This document shows, one piece after another, positions 20,534-30,370 of a DNA stretch of 64,000 nt. Position 1 is the stretch's first letter. The number at the start of each line of letters is the position of its first letter. Origin of the DNA: an uncultured delta proteobacterium (GTDB taxonomy: Bacteria; Desulfobacterota; Desulfobacteria; Desulfobacterales; JAFDCJ01); contig CAVYNY010000022.1 of the NCBI GenBank assembly GCA_963769935.1, forward strand, positions 96,001-160,000, given 5' to 3'. The notes under the pieces were generated by a model. It saw nothing but the letters and a program-made list of their open reading frames with translations, was not told the origin of the DNA and searched no databases. The position numbers and the translations under genes were made by a program.

Positions 20534-21604
20534 ATGGCATTTAAAAAGATGATTCAGATCTTGGGCATTTTGGGATTGGCGGTCACCGCCGTTTTGATAA
20601 TCGGCATGCAGCCGGCAATTGCCGCCGATAAGGTCGTGAAAATGACCCTGGCCCACGCCGATGTGGCCGACCCCACCATGTATGTGCATGCGGGTGCGGT
20701 CGCTTTCAAAGCGTATGTTGAAAAGGAATCCAACGGAAAAATCCAGGTGAATATCAGCCCCGCTGCTGCCTTGGGAAATACCGCCTCTCTGCAGGAAATG
20801 ACCATGACAGGCGAGATCGAGGCCTCGACCTCCCATACCGAGGGCACCATCGCCATCGTGTATCCCAATATTCAGTGTCTCTCAATACCTTACCTCTTTC
20901 AGAACGTGGATCAGGCCCTGGAAGTCTTTCGCGGTGATTTTGGGAACAGACTATGGGAGGACATGCGCAAGCAGACCGGCCTTCGTGTGATCGGTATTTG
21001 GGATAATGGCGGCTTCCGCAACTTCACCAATAACAAGCGTGAGGTTCGTAATCCCAACGATATGAAAGGCCTCAGCATCCGCACTATGGACAACCCGGCC
21101 CACATGGAGATCGTGCGTTCTTTGGGTGCCAAGCCCACGCCCATCTCCTGGGCGGAGACATACACCGCCTTGCAAACCGGCGTGGTGGATGGCGAGGAAA
21201 ACTCCATTCCCACCTTCCTCCTGGGTTCCCTTCAAGAAGTGCAGAAGTACATGACTATGGACGGTCACGTTTACAGCCAGCTCCACTTGTTCGTCAACGA
21301 TAAATGGTTCAACGGTTTGCCCAAGGAGTACCAGGAGATCATCCTGCGCGGCGGCGAGGAGGCTGGGTATGCCGGCCAGCGCGCCTGCCGGGTGTATCGT
21401 GACATCGGTAGGGGTATCTGCGTCAAAGCGGGAGTGAAATTCTACGATCCCACCCCGGATGAACTCAATCAGTTCAAGGCGTTGGCCCAGCCTCCGGTTC
21501 TCAAGTTCATCCGCGAAAAGGGCGTTAAGGATCCCAAATGGGTGGATGAGATCATCGCGGAAGCTGACAAGGCTCTCTACACGTTAGGATACAAAAAGAA
21601 GTAA
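20534..21604 (+). CDS. dctP: TRAP transporter solute-binding protein
   Basis: Signal peptide, GFRNF, GLSIRTM, YTALQTGVVDGEEN. Confidence 0.9.
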   Translation: MAFKKMIQILGILGLAVTAVLIIGMQPAIAADKVVKMTLAHADVADPTMYVHAGAVAFKAYVEKESNGKIQVNISPAAALGNTASLQEMTMTGEIEASTSHTEGTIAIVYPNIQCLSIPYLFQNVDQALEVFRGDFGNRLWEDMRKQTGLRVIGIWDNGGFRNFTNNKREVRNPNDMKGLSIRTMDNPAHMEIVRSLGAKPTPISWAETYTALQTGVVDGEENSIPTFLLGSLQEVQKYMTMDGHVYSQLHLFVNDKWFNGLPKEYQEIILRGGEEAGYAGQRACRVYRDIGRGICVKAGVKFYDPTPDELNQFKALAQPPVLKFIREKGVKDPKWVDEIIAEADKALYTLGYKKK

Positions 21605-21620
21605 CTCAGTCCATTTCATT

Positions 21621-21659
21621 GGCTTGCCCGGCCTCTCACCTCGAGAGGCCGGGCAAGCC
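21621..21659 (+). other. Perfect 17-bp stem hairpin between dctP and dctQ (mRNA stabiliser or partial terminator)
   Basis: GGCTTGCCCGGCCTCTC-ACCTC-GAGAGGCCGGGCAAGCC, no U-tract. Confidence 0.7.
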
Positions 21660-21759
21660 GTATGAATCACCGGTGCATAACACGGAATTTGATTAGGTTC
21701 GGTACCTCTGATATTTACGCTTTAATCGGTTAAGGCACTATTGAACATTGGGGGGTAGT

Positions 21760-22299
21760 ATGAATTTTCTCCGTACTGTCGAAAGGATGAGTGCGGTGGT
21801 GGATAAAATCGCCACGAATGCGGCCGTCGTCCTTTTTACCATCATGACTTTGATAGTCTGGGTCCAGATATTCTTCCGTTTCATTTTGGGTGGCGGTATT
21901 GCCTGGTCCGAGGAAATAGCAAAATACCTGATGGTCTGGATGGCTCTGCTGGGATCATCGGTGCTTCTTCGTGAAGGCGGGCACATTGCCATCAATTATT
22001 TCATTTCGAAATTTTCTTGTCTCCGTTACATTCTAATGTTTCACGCCATACTGTCCGCTGCTCTATTTGTTCTGCTGATCTACTATGGCATCGACTATGC
22101 TGCATTTGGATTTAAATCCATATCCCCCGCAAGCGGAATTAGTAAGTTTTGGCCATATCTGTCCATTCCGGTCGGTGCCGGTTTTTTGTTGATCCAAGCG
22201 TTTACCCGCTTTATTCATCTGCTTTTTATTGATGACAAGACAATCCGGGCAGAAGAGGAAGCTCGTGCCCGGCATGAATTACTCACGGTAGCAGAATGA
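21760..22299 (+). CDS. dctQ: TRAP transporter small permease
   Basis: WSEEIAKYLMVW..LLG, HIAI; four hydrophobic segments. Confidence 0.88.
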   Translation: MNFLRTVERMSAVVDKIATNAAVVLFTIMTLIVWVQIFFRFILGGGIAWSEEIAKYLMVWMALLGSSVLLREGGHIAINYFISKFSCLRYILMFHAILSAALFVLLIYYGIDYAAFGFKSISPASGISKFWPYLSIPVGAGFLLIQAFTRFIHLLFIDDKTIRAEEEARARHELLTVAE

Positions 22300-22328
22300 T
22301 ATGCCCCTTTGGAGAGGAGTTTGTTTAA

Positions 22329-23612
22329 ATGCTTACCGTTAGTATGTTTGCTTTAATGATTTTCCTGCTATTGGCTGGATTGCCGGTGGCCATCGTGCTG
22401 GGGGTTGTTTCAACTGCCTGGGTGATGCTGGCCGGTAATTCCATCCAGATGATCGCCTCGCGCATGTATGCCGGTATAGACCTCTTTGTGCTCATGGCGA
22501 TTCCCTTTTTCATTCTGGCCGGTGAGATCATGAACCACTGCGGCATTACCGACCGCTTGATCAAGTTCGTGGATTTCGTCATCGGCCGGGTACGGGGAGG
22601 CTTGGCTCAGGCCTGCATATACGCCAGCATATTGTTCGCAGGTATCACCGGTGCGGCGGTCGCCGATGTGGCGGCATTGGGTTCGATTTTCATACCGGCC
22701 ATGGAAAAGCAGGGTTACACACGCAAGTTTTCAGCCATGGTCGTCGCTGCCAGTTCCATTATCGGGCCAATCATACCGCCCAGCATCATCGTGGTGATTT
22801 ATGGGTCGGTCACCGGGCTTTCGATAGGGACCCTCTTTGCGGCTTGCGTGATACCCGGTGTAATGGTGGGCTTGGGCATGAGCGCATATGTTGCGCTCGT
22901 TGCGAAAAGAAAAAATTTCCCCAAATCAGATGAGCCCTTTGAGGTGAAGGCTTTTTTGCTGTGTTTTAAAGACTCCATACTGGCCATCCTTATGCCTCTA
23001 ATCATCGTTGGCGGAATCTTCTCCGGATTATTCACCCCTACCGAGGCAGCAGCAGCTTCAGCGTTTTACGCCTTTTTTGTCGGAGTGGTTATTTACCGCA
23101 CCGTCACTCCCGGCATCATACTGAAATCAGTCGTCAACTCCGTGCGCACTTCGGCCATGCTCTTTTTCATCATCGGGTTTGCCAACATACTGGGCTGGAT
23201 CATCGCGAGAGAGCAAATACCTGAGACAATTGCCAATTTCCTGCTTTCTCTGAGCAGCAATCCCACGATCCTGCTGCTTCTGGTGGTGGTTTTTTTGCTC
23301 TTTCTGGGCACCTGGATGGAAATTACTGCCAGTTGTATCATCATCGCCCCAATCCTGTCACCTGTCATGGCGAAGGTGGGTCTTAATCCGGTGCACTTTG
23401 CGGTTGTCATGCTCGTGGTGCTCAACGTCGGGCTCATTACTCCGCCATTGGGCGTGGCGCTTTTCGCCGCAGTGGGAGTGGGAAAGGTGGGCTTTGAGGA
23501 GGTGTGCAGCGAGCTATGGCCTTTTTTGATTGTGGATGTATTGGTGATATCGCTGTTGGCCTTCATCCCGGAGCTTTCGCTTGCGATCCCCAGGGCGATT
23601 GGGTTCATTTAA
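22329..23612 (+). CDS. dctM: TRAP transporter large permease
   Basis: AIPFFILAGEIM, IIPPSI, TPTEAAA, ITPPLG. Confidence 0.92.
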   Translation: MLTVSMFALMIFLLLAGLPVAIVLGVVSTAWVMLAGNSIQMIASRMYAGIDLFVLMAIPFFILAGEIMNHCGITDRLIKFVDFVIGRVRGGLAQACIYASILFAGITGAAVADVAALGSIFIPAMEKQGYTRKFSAMVVAASSIIGPIIPPSIIVVIYGSVTGLSIGTLFAACVIPGVMVGLGMSAYVALVAKRKNFPKSDEPFEVKAFLLCFKDSILAILMPLIIVGGIFSGLFTPTEAAAASAFYAFFVGVVIYRTVTPGIILKSVVNSVRTSAMLFFIIGFANILGWIIAREQIPETIANFLLSLSSNPTILLLLVVVFLLFLGTWMEITASCIIIAPILSPVMAKVGLNPVHFAVVMLVVLNVGLITPPLGVALFAAVGVGKVGFEEVCSELWPFLIVDVLVISLLAFIPELSLAIPRAIGFI

Positions 23613-23769
23613 CCCCGTAGAAGATCGTTCTAACATGCTTTTAAAGGGGCGGGCGGCGAGTCCCAAAATGCTGCCGAGGACAATTGGTACAGGCAAATAG
23701 GTTTCCTTAGAGATGGTGTAACCGATCAATTGATCGTTTGGAAGTTCAAACTGAAAGGAGTTTCAAGCC

Positions 23770-24648
23770 ATGTTTTACCCAGTAGAAATACCCAAACCCA
23801 GTCCGGATAAAAAGCAGGCTACCGCGTTGGTGATACTGAATCCTGCCCAATCCCGCCGCCTGGTGGCGAAAGGCGCAGTGGCCAGCCCCATCTTTCAAAA
23901 CGCTTATAAGAATGGAATGATTATCATTGCCCGGGGAATCACTAACGCCTATGTGTGTGAGGAACTTTTTAATATCTCCATCGACAATAAGGCCAACCAG
24001 ACCGTGGGACTGGTCGCCCAGGGGGTAACCAATATTGCCAGCACTCCTCCTCCATGCACTTGGCACGTTGTCAATAGAGGTAAAGTCGTGGAGGGTGCTG
24101 ACTCCAATGTGGAGATTGGTAAATTCTTCAGGGGTGATGTTGTTGTTAAAGGGGCCAATGCCATAGACCATACAGGCCTGACCGGTACGTATGCCTCTTC
24201 ACTAAAGTGCGGCACCATGGGCGCGACCTGGCCTTACGTAACGACAAGAGGATGTGAATACATCGTTCCTGTGAGTTTGGAGAAGATGGTGCCTTGCGTG
24301 ATGACTGCTGCCCGGCACAGTGGGGTATATTATTTTGATAAATCCATGGGACTGCCCGCCAAGATTGTGCCTCTGGTGGAAGCCAAGGCCATAACAGAGA
24401 TAGAGGCACTTGCTATTTTGTGTGGTGTGAAAGCCTACCAGATAGGGGCCGGCGGAGTGGCCGGTTCTGAAGGGTCAGTACACCTGGCTATAGAAGGTGA
24501 TGAAGACAAGGTAAACCGAGCCTTCGATTTGTGCATATCTTTGAAAGATGAGCCTCCGGTGCGAATGCCTGATGCCTCGGTGATAAGTGATCCGGCCGCT
24601 TATCAATTTGACGCCCGAACTCAACTTGATAAGTTGGGTGGAATTTAA
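23770..24648 (+). CDS. Conserved hypothetical protein
   Basis: AAGGAG RBS; SRRLVAK, GITNAYV.EEL, KGANAID, GGVAGSEGSV motifs resemble an uncharacterised family of anaerobes. Confidence 0.7.
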   Translation: MFYPVEIPKPSPDKKQATALVILNPAQSRRLVAKGAVASPIFQNAYKNGMIIIARGITNAYVCEELFNISIDNKANQTVGLVAQGVTNIASTPPPCTWHVVNRGKVVEGADSNVEIGKFFRGDVVVKGANAIDHTGLTGTYASSLKCGTMGATWPYVTTRGCEYIVPVSLEKMVPCVMTAARHSGVYYFDKSMGLPAKIVPLVEAKAITEIEALAILCGVKAYQIGAGGVAGSEGSVHLAIEGDEDKVNRAFDLCISLKDEPPVRMPDASVISDPAAYQFDARTQLDKLGGI

Positions 24649-24649
24649 T

Positions 24650-24810
24650 TTACACCAACTGAGACACCTTGCCGCATCGATCCTCAAGGACAAAGCTGAT
24701 TTGAGCCTCGCTAAACTGCAGAGGTTCTTGCGGCACGAACACCGGAGAACCTCCGATATATGCGCGGGATACATTGAGACGGGGACAAAGAAACAGGCCG
24801 ATTACCTGAC
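24650..24810 (+). pseudogene. Tyrosine recombinase/integrase C-terminal remnant
   Basis: LHQLRHLAASIL...LQRFLRH...TSDIC = HxLRH box II with the catalytic Tyr position read as Cys. Confidence 0.7.
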
Positions 24811-24839
24811 GATAAATGTAATAAATTGCAGTTATCTTT

Positions 24840-26237
24840 TCATAGGCCCGATTGAGGCTTGCCTTGTTTATTGCACATCATCGACGATGGCCAGCCGTGG
24901 TCGAAACAATAATAAAATTTTTGGAGTGGCAGGCGGAAATCCTCAACATCCTTGCGAACTGAATCGGGTTCCTCTCCGTCAATTAAAATTCTTTCAAAAA
25001 AGCTTGCGATCGTATCCATGTCGGTTTCCATCAACCCTAACCGGGTGATCTCGATGGTGCCAATCCGCAAACCGCCGGGGTGGTCCCAGTTTTCGGGTAA
25101 ATCGTCAGGGATGAGGTTTTTGTTGGTGATGATGCTCGCCTGAGCCAGCTTTTCTGCAACGGGCAAGCCTCCGCCGAACGTTCTGACGTCTGCGATAACT
25201 TGGTGGGTTTGGGTGTAGCCGCGTTTAGCGCCAAGAACTGGAAGCCCTCTCTGGTCCAAGGCCTTGGCGAGCGCCTTAGAATTTTTTACGATTTGAGCCA
25301 TATAGACATCCCCAAACTCCAGCATTTCAGCGGCTGATACGGCTAACGCGGCAACTCGATTGACCTGATGGGTTGCTACCAAAACAGGAAAAATCGCGTC
25401 CGTCAGAGGTTGGGTCAACTCCGGGTCATTCCACAGGATCATGCCGCTCTGCGGGCCGCTGAATGTTTTCCCAGCCGAGCCGGTTAGGACGGCAGCGCCT
25501 TCGTTGAGCGGATCTTGAAATTGTCTCCCGGCAATCAAACCCGCCTGATGCGCCCCGTCAAAGAAAAACCGCCCCCCCCATTCGGAAATAAGCTCGCTCA
25601 TTTCCCGCACCGGCAGCGGAAACAGCGTCATTGACATGCCCATCGCCACCAGCTTTGGCTTCTCACGACGCGCAATTTGGGCAAACGATGCAAGATCGAC
25701 ATCCAATTCGACCGGATCAAATGGAACATCCACAATTCTCAGGCCACGCATCCCGGCGGGACCATCAAGACGGTTGCTGGAATGCCCGCCAAAAGGCTGC
25801 GGAGCCGCTAATATAGTATCCCCCGGTTTGGTCAGAGCATGATAAACGGCCATGTTGCCTATCATGCTGCCCATTAAGCGGTGATCCGCATACCGACACC
25901 TAAAAGCACGCTTTAACAGTTCCACACACAGAGACTCGACTTCATCGATGTATTGAGTTCCCGCAAACCAGCGGTTTACCCGGCCGATGTGCCCCTCAGC
26001 CGCCCGGGTGCCGATTTCAGCCGAAAGCAGCTTCCGCACTGTTGGGCTTGTGGGAGCCTCGGGGGCCAGCAGGTTGATACACCGTTTTCCCCGCCAATCC
26101 TCGTTGCGTTGAACCGCCTTCAAAACTGCATCCGCCATTTTTTGCGGGGACGATTCTTTATTCAGGATAGATTGTGCCGTCTTTAAGATTTCGTAGTCAT
26201 GAACCTCAAAAACCTTACCATCGGATTCTGCAATCAT
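24840..26237 (-). CDS. Divergent serine hydroxymethyltransferase-like PLP enzyme
   Basis: AEG, GGH, DGAHQAGLIAG, GKTFSGPQSG, NKNLIP, GLRIGT. Confidence 0.8.
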   Translation of the reverse strand: MIAESDGKVFEVHDYEILKTAQSILNKESSPQKMADAVLKAVQRNEDWRGKRCINLLAPEAPTSPTVRKLLSAEIGTRAAEGHIGRVNRWFAGTQYIDEVESLCVELLKRAFRCRYADHRLMGSMIGNMAVYHALTKPGDTILAAPQPFGGHSSNRLDGPAGMRGLRIVDVPFDPVELDVDLASFAQIARREKPKLVAMGMSMTLFPLPVREMSELISEWGGRFFFDGAHQAGLIAGRQFQDPLNEGAAVLTGSAGKTFSGPQSGMILWNDPELTQPLTDAIFPVLVATHQVNRVAALAVSAAEMLEFGDVYMAQIVKNSKALAKALDQRGLPVLGAKRGYTQTHQVIADVRTFGGGLPVAEKLAQASIITNKNLIPDDLPENWDHPGGLRIGTIEITRLGLMETDMDTIASFFERILIDGEEPDSVRKDVEDFRLPLQKFYYCFDHGWPSSMMCNKQGKPQSGL

Positions 26238-26926
26238 GATTTCACCTCATTTATGGCCTGGTTGTGATTACCTGAAAGAAAAGCTACTAAATGGCTGGAT
26301 GCCCGAGTCAGATGCTGCTGAAGGATCTTGACCGCACGATCTACATCTCTTTTTTGACAGGCTTGAAGTAGCTTTTTGTGCTCAGCCTGTGATGCGTCCC
26401 TGGCAGACAACCCCCCCAGGTAGATCAGCAGATATCGCGCAACGTTATTGTGCAGCACCTCTATCGCGCCCAGAAGCCGTGGCAATTGGGCTGCCTGATA
26501 CAGGGTAGCATGGAACTCCCAATTAAGCTCACTCCATTGAGAGCTATCATCTTCGACCTCGCTGATGTCCAAGACACTCGCAGCCCGAATCATATCTGCG
26601 CTCCGCAGCTTGGGTATAGCCCTTTCAAGCGCTTTGGTCTCCAAGGCCATACGCATTATATAAATTTCCTCGACCTCGGCCGGTGACAATTCGGAAACAA
26701 CAAAACCGCGATTGGGAACAAATACAATCAGGCCCTCGGCCCTGAGTTGCACCATGGCCTCGCGCACAGGAATCTTGCTGACGCCAAACTGTTCAGCAAT
26801 CTGATCTTGCCGCAAGGGCTGGTTGGATTTTAAACGGCCCTGCAAAATGGCACTGCGCATGGCAGAGGCTATTAGCTCCGGGGTGTTGCCGGGGTTTTTG
26901 ATCAGGATGGAAAGCGATTTTGACAT
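26234..26926 (-). CDS. GntR/FadR-family (FCD) transcriptional regulator
   Basis: IAEQFGVSKIPVREA HTH; NWEFH and EH..LL FCD motifs; likely start ATG 26926 rather than 27121. Confidence 0.88.
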   Translation of the reverse strand: MSKSLSILIKNPGNTPELIASAMRSAILQGRLKSNQPLRQDQIAEQFGVSKIPVREAMVQLRAEGLIVFVPNRGFVVSELSPAEVEEIYIMRMALETKALERAIPKLRSADMIRAASVLDISEVEDDSSQWSELNWEFHATLYQAAQLPRLLGAIEVLHNNVARYLLIYLGGLSARDASQAEHKKLLQACQKRDVDRAVKILQQHLTRASSHLVAFLSGNHNQAINEVKS

Positions 26927-26932
26927 AGGGAT

Positions 26933-26961
26933 AATGTATAATCGTATACGATTTATGTCAA
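26933..26961 (-). promoter_or_regulatory. Leaderless promoter with palindromic operator in the spacer
   Basis: TTGACA-N17-TACATT-N6-ATG; perfect palindrome AATCGTATACGATT at 26940-26953. Confidence 0.75.
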
Positions 26962-27090
26962 TATTTTTTTGGGAGAATCGAAGGCAAACTTGGGTTAATT
27001 TGGTTCCGCGCCTGAAATCAGAAAAATACCAGACTGTCGGTCTGAATACATTTGTAGTTAGAAAATTATCAGATCGATGGAGGTGTACCA

Positions 27091-27360
27091 ATGCGTCCGA
27101 TTGCTTCAGAACAGGACCCAATAAAATACCCGCTGAATGAGCTTGTTGGCACGCGAGCCCATGTAAGACTGCTCAGAGTTATGGCCAATGAGGTCGAAGG
27201 CCCTCTTACGGCCGCGGATGTTGCCAAACGTGCAGGGCTGACGGTACCCGGGGCTCAAAAAGCGCTCGGAAAGCTCCTGAGATCAGGATTTGTTACACGG
27301 GTGGGCGGCGGTCGAAAACAACAGTTTGAAATCCGAGTGGGAAAATGGGGACGCCCATAA
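27091..27360 (+). pseudogene. Winged-HTH protein, probably 3'-truncated
   Basis: GGAGG RBS; LTAADVAKRAGLTVPGAQKALGKL HTH; ends abruptly at a transposase remnant. Confidence 0.5.
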
Positions 27361-27388
27361 AATTGTAAGTTTCCAAATCAAGGGTTCT

Positions 27389-27632
27389 ATGATAAAAGGG
27401 AAAGCTCGCATCGATGCCCCTGGGGGTTTGCATCATATTATTGTTCGCGGAATCGAGCGCCGGCGGATATTCTCAGATGATCAGGACCGGGAAAATTTTA
27501 TTGAACGTCTGGGCGATATTCTCACTGAGTCGCAAACCGTATGTTTAGCTTGGGCGCTGATTCCCAATCACCCATATTTTAGTGCGGGCCGGTCAAACGC
27601 CCCTGGCCACGGTTATGAGGCGTCTGCTCACC
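27389..27632 (+). pseudogene. REP-associated tyrosine transposase (Y1/RAYT-like) fragment
   Basis: ARIDAPGGLHHIIVRGIERRRIF, AWALIPNH, frameshift, then PLATVMRRLLT. Confidence 0.8.
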
Positions 27633-27644
27633 CGAGGAACTATA

Positions 27645-29834
27645 ATGCCAATTTTAAATGAATTAAAACATACCCTTCCCAACGTAAAAGCATATAGGCT
27701 AATGCTACAATTATTCAAAGAAAATACGGGCCTTACCGATATCATCGATACTTCAAAAACCATTCGCCAGGCAAAAAAAAGATTAAAGATCTGGGCCTTA
27801 GAGATCCTTTCCGAAAACAAACAGGTCAATGCTTACTATCTCCAGGAAAAAATCGGCAAAAGCCAGCTCGATAAGCTGAGACCCAAAGATTATGCTGCCA
27901 TTCGTATCCTGGATTATATCAAGCATTCCGGCAGGCAATTCAAGGATCTTAATCACAAGGGCGAAATTGTGGAAAACGATCCCTTTGCCATTCTAATGCA
28001 ATGTGCCCGCAAAGGGACTGGCGGAGCCACCCCTGCTTTTTTTTATGACATGATTCACCTGTTCAGACAGTTTTCAGGGCATATAGATCCTGCACCAAAT
28101 AAATTGAAAATTTCATCATGGATGGACAGATATTCTTCAGGTCTTGATCCGGATATCATCCGGCAGCGGGAAAAAAACAAACTTCGGATACTGAAAACCA
28201 TCATTAAAACAATTGATGAAAAAAGAACAAAAAGCAAGCGGTTTAGATTTGAAAAAGGGATGTCACAGAAGGAAAAAATGGCCCTTGCCAAAAAATGGTG
28301 GAACGATCATCAATTTCATCTCAAATTTGCAGTCAGAACCCCTGAAGACCTAAATGAAATGCTTGAGTTCTCCCTTGACAAGGAGACGATGGACAACCTG
28401 AAACAAGCTCAAAAAGTTGGTATTCCCTTCTTTGTCAACCCCTATTACCTGTCGCTTATGGACACCCATGCCTCTCCTGTTTCCCTGGGTGCGGATCTTG
28501 CCATCAGGCAATATATGATCTATTCAAAGGAACTGATCAATGAATTCGGCACTATTCATGCCTGGGAAAAAGAAGATATTGTGGAGCCCGGAAAACCCAA
28601 TGTTGCAGGCTGGATCATTCCAGATGACTGTATCCACAGGCGATATCCCAACGTCGCCATATTAATTCCAAAAAGCATGGGCCGTGCCTGTGGCGGACTG
28701 TGTTCAATCTGCCAGAGAATGTATGGCTTTCAACAAGGTGATTTGAATTTTGACCTTGAAAAATTAAAAGTCAAGAGCTCATTTGGCGAACGCTTGGAAG
28801 CCTCTATCAATTATTTTGAAAATGACTCCCAGTTAAGGGACATCCTCATCACTGGCGGTGATGCTCTGATGAGCACCAATAAAACCCTTCGAAAAGTTTT
28901 TCAAAGCATTTACAATATGGCCAAAAGAAAACGCAGGGCCAATAGGAAAAGAAAAGATGGAGAAAAATACGCACAGATCTTAAGGGTAAGACTGGGCACC
29001 AGGCTTCCGGTTTATCTCCCCATGAGAATCCAGGCTGGTCTTGTAAACATACTTGCCGAGTTCAAAGAAAAAGCTTCAAAAATAGGCATTCAGCAATTTG
29101 TTTTCCAGACCCATTTTGAATCTCCAATGGAGATAACCCCTGAAACAAGATTCTGTGTAGATCAGCTGAATAAAGCCGGGTGGATGGTAACCAACCAGCT
29201 GGTTTTCACATCGGCTGCGTCAAGAAGGGGGCATACGGCTAAACTCCGAAAAGTACTCAACGATATCGGGATTCTTCCCTATTATTCATTTACCGTTAAA
29301 GGATATATGGAAAATAGCCATCTTTTTTCACCCAATGCACGGCTGGTTCAAGAAGGCATGGAAGAAAAGAGTATCGGACTTCTGCCGGATACATTTTTTC
29401 CAGGCCTAAGACAACTGCCTTTAAATGTTGAAAATATAGTTGATAACATCGCCCGGTTGAGAACAGATGCTGACATCCCGTTCCTATCCTCTGACAGGAA
29501 TGTCCTCAATCTTCCGGGGGTCGGCAAGAGTCTTACCTTCAGGACCATCGGCCTTACCAATGACGGCAGAAGAATCCTTGAATTTGATCATGATGCCACA
29601 AGGGAGCATAGCCCAATGATAGAAAAGATAGGAAAAGTCACTATCATTGAATCTAAAAGTATCCATGATTATCTCCAACAGCTTGACAATATGGGCGAAG
29701 ATGTGAGCGAGTATGAATCAATTTATGGATATTCCTTAAGTGAAACAGAACCCAGGAACCCAATCTTTGAATATCCGGCCTATGACTATGATGTAACAAA
29801 AGAAATGACGAATCTGGATCTTCAGTTAGATTAA
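27645..29834 (+). CDS. Long KamA-family radical SAM protein (aminomutase-like), 729 aa
   Basis: HRRYP, CGGLCSIC-QR, DILITGGDAL, RLGTRLPV, THFE, NQLV, GVGK; GAGGA RBS before ATG 27645. Confidence 0.85.
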   Translation: MPILNELKHTLPNVKAYRLMLQLFKENTGLTDIIDTSKTIRQAKKRLKIWALEILSENKQVNAYYLQEKIGKSQLDKLRPKDYAAIRILDYIKHSGRQFKDLNHKGEIVENDPFAILMQCARKGTGGATPAFFYDMIHLFRQFSGHIDPAPNKLKISSWMDRYSSGLDPDIIRQREKNKLRILKTIIKTIDEKRTKSKRFRFEKGMSQKEKMALAKKWWNDHQFHLKFAVRTPEDLNEMLEFSLDKETMDNLKQAQKVGIPFFVNPYYLSLMDTHASPVSLGADLAIRQYMIYSKELINEFGTIHAWEKEDIVEPGKPNVAGWIIPDDCIHRRYPNVAILIPKSMGRACGGLCSICQRMYGFQQGDLNFDLEKLKVKSSFGERLEASINYFENDSQLRDILITGGDALMSTNKTLRKVFQSIYNMAKRKRRANRKRKDGEKYAQILRVRLGTRLPVYLPMRIQAGLVNILAEFKEKASKIGIQQFVFQTHFESPMEITPETRFCVDQLNKAGWMVTNQLVFTSAASRRGHTAKLRKVLNDIGILPYYSFTVKGYMENSHLFSPNARLVQEGMEEKSIGLLPDTFFPGLRQLPLNVENIVDNIARLRTDADIPFLSSDRNVLNLPGVGKSLTFRTIGLTNDGRRILEFDHDATREHSPMIEKIGKVTIIESKSIHDYLQQLDNMGEDVSEYESIYGYSLSETEPRNPIFEYPAYDYDVTKEMTNLDLQLD

Positions 29835-29866
29835 AAGAGGCACCGTCATGGTCTCATTTGCATCTG

Positions 29867-30370
29867 TCAGCCATGAAAAGGGAACCAAGATTCTTTTGCC
29901 ATTTCTAGAAAATTTATCGCCTCTGGCCTTGATGATTTCGAATTCATCTTCGGATCAAAATTATCAGCAGCATCACATGCATAGCCTTCAATCATTTTCA
30001 TAAATGTTTTTTCAAGGACGTCAGGTCTACTGAAACAGTCCATACCAGCCACTTTACCGTTGATTACAAAAAGAGTTCCGATCTGGGAGTCCACTCTCGC
30101 AAAATGTTCCGAATAGTCCCGTGACGATTTAGCGTGTTCCCGGCTTCGGATTCGATTGATTTTACGGGGTGATCGTTTCTTTTTGATAAAGCTTTCCGGG
30201 ATTATGACCGTCTCTTTGGCAGGGATCAATATAGTGTTGCCAATATTCCGCTGGTGTCTTGCTTTGGCAGGCTTTTCACCATCATAAATCAAAATTATCT
30301 GGTCAGATTTATTGGTGACCTTGTGTATTAGCGCCGATCCGTTTTGCTGAACTTCCATCACCTCTATATT
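29867..30370 (-). pseudogene. Degenerate, 5'-truncated DUF6569/ARPP-1-like fragment
   Basis: KVTNKSDQIILIYDGE...NTILIPAK..VIIP and QIGTLFVINGKVAGMDCF resemble that family. Confidence 0.5.

Noticed and set aside
24587..25048. 153-aa plus-strand ORF as an intact gene
   Set aside because: It overlaps both neighbours; only its middle resembles an integrase tail
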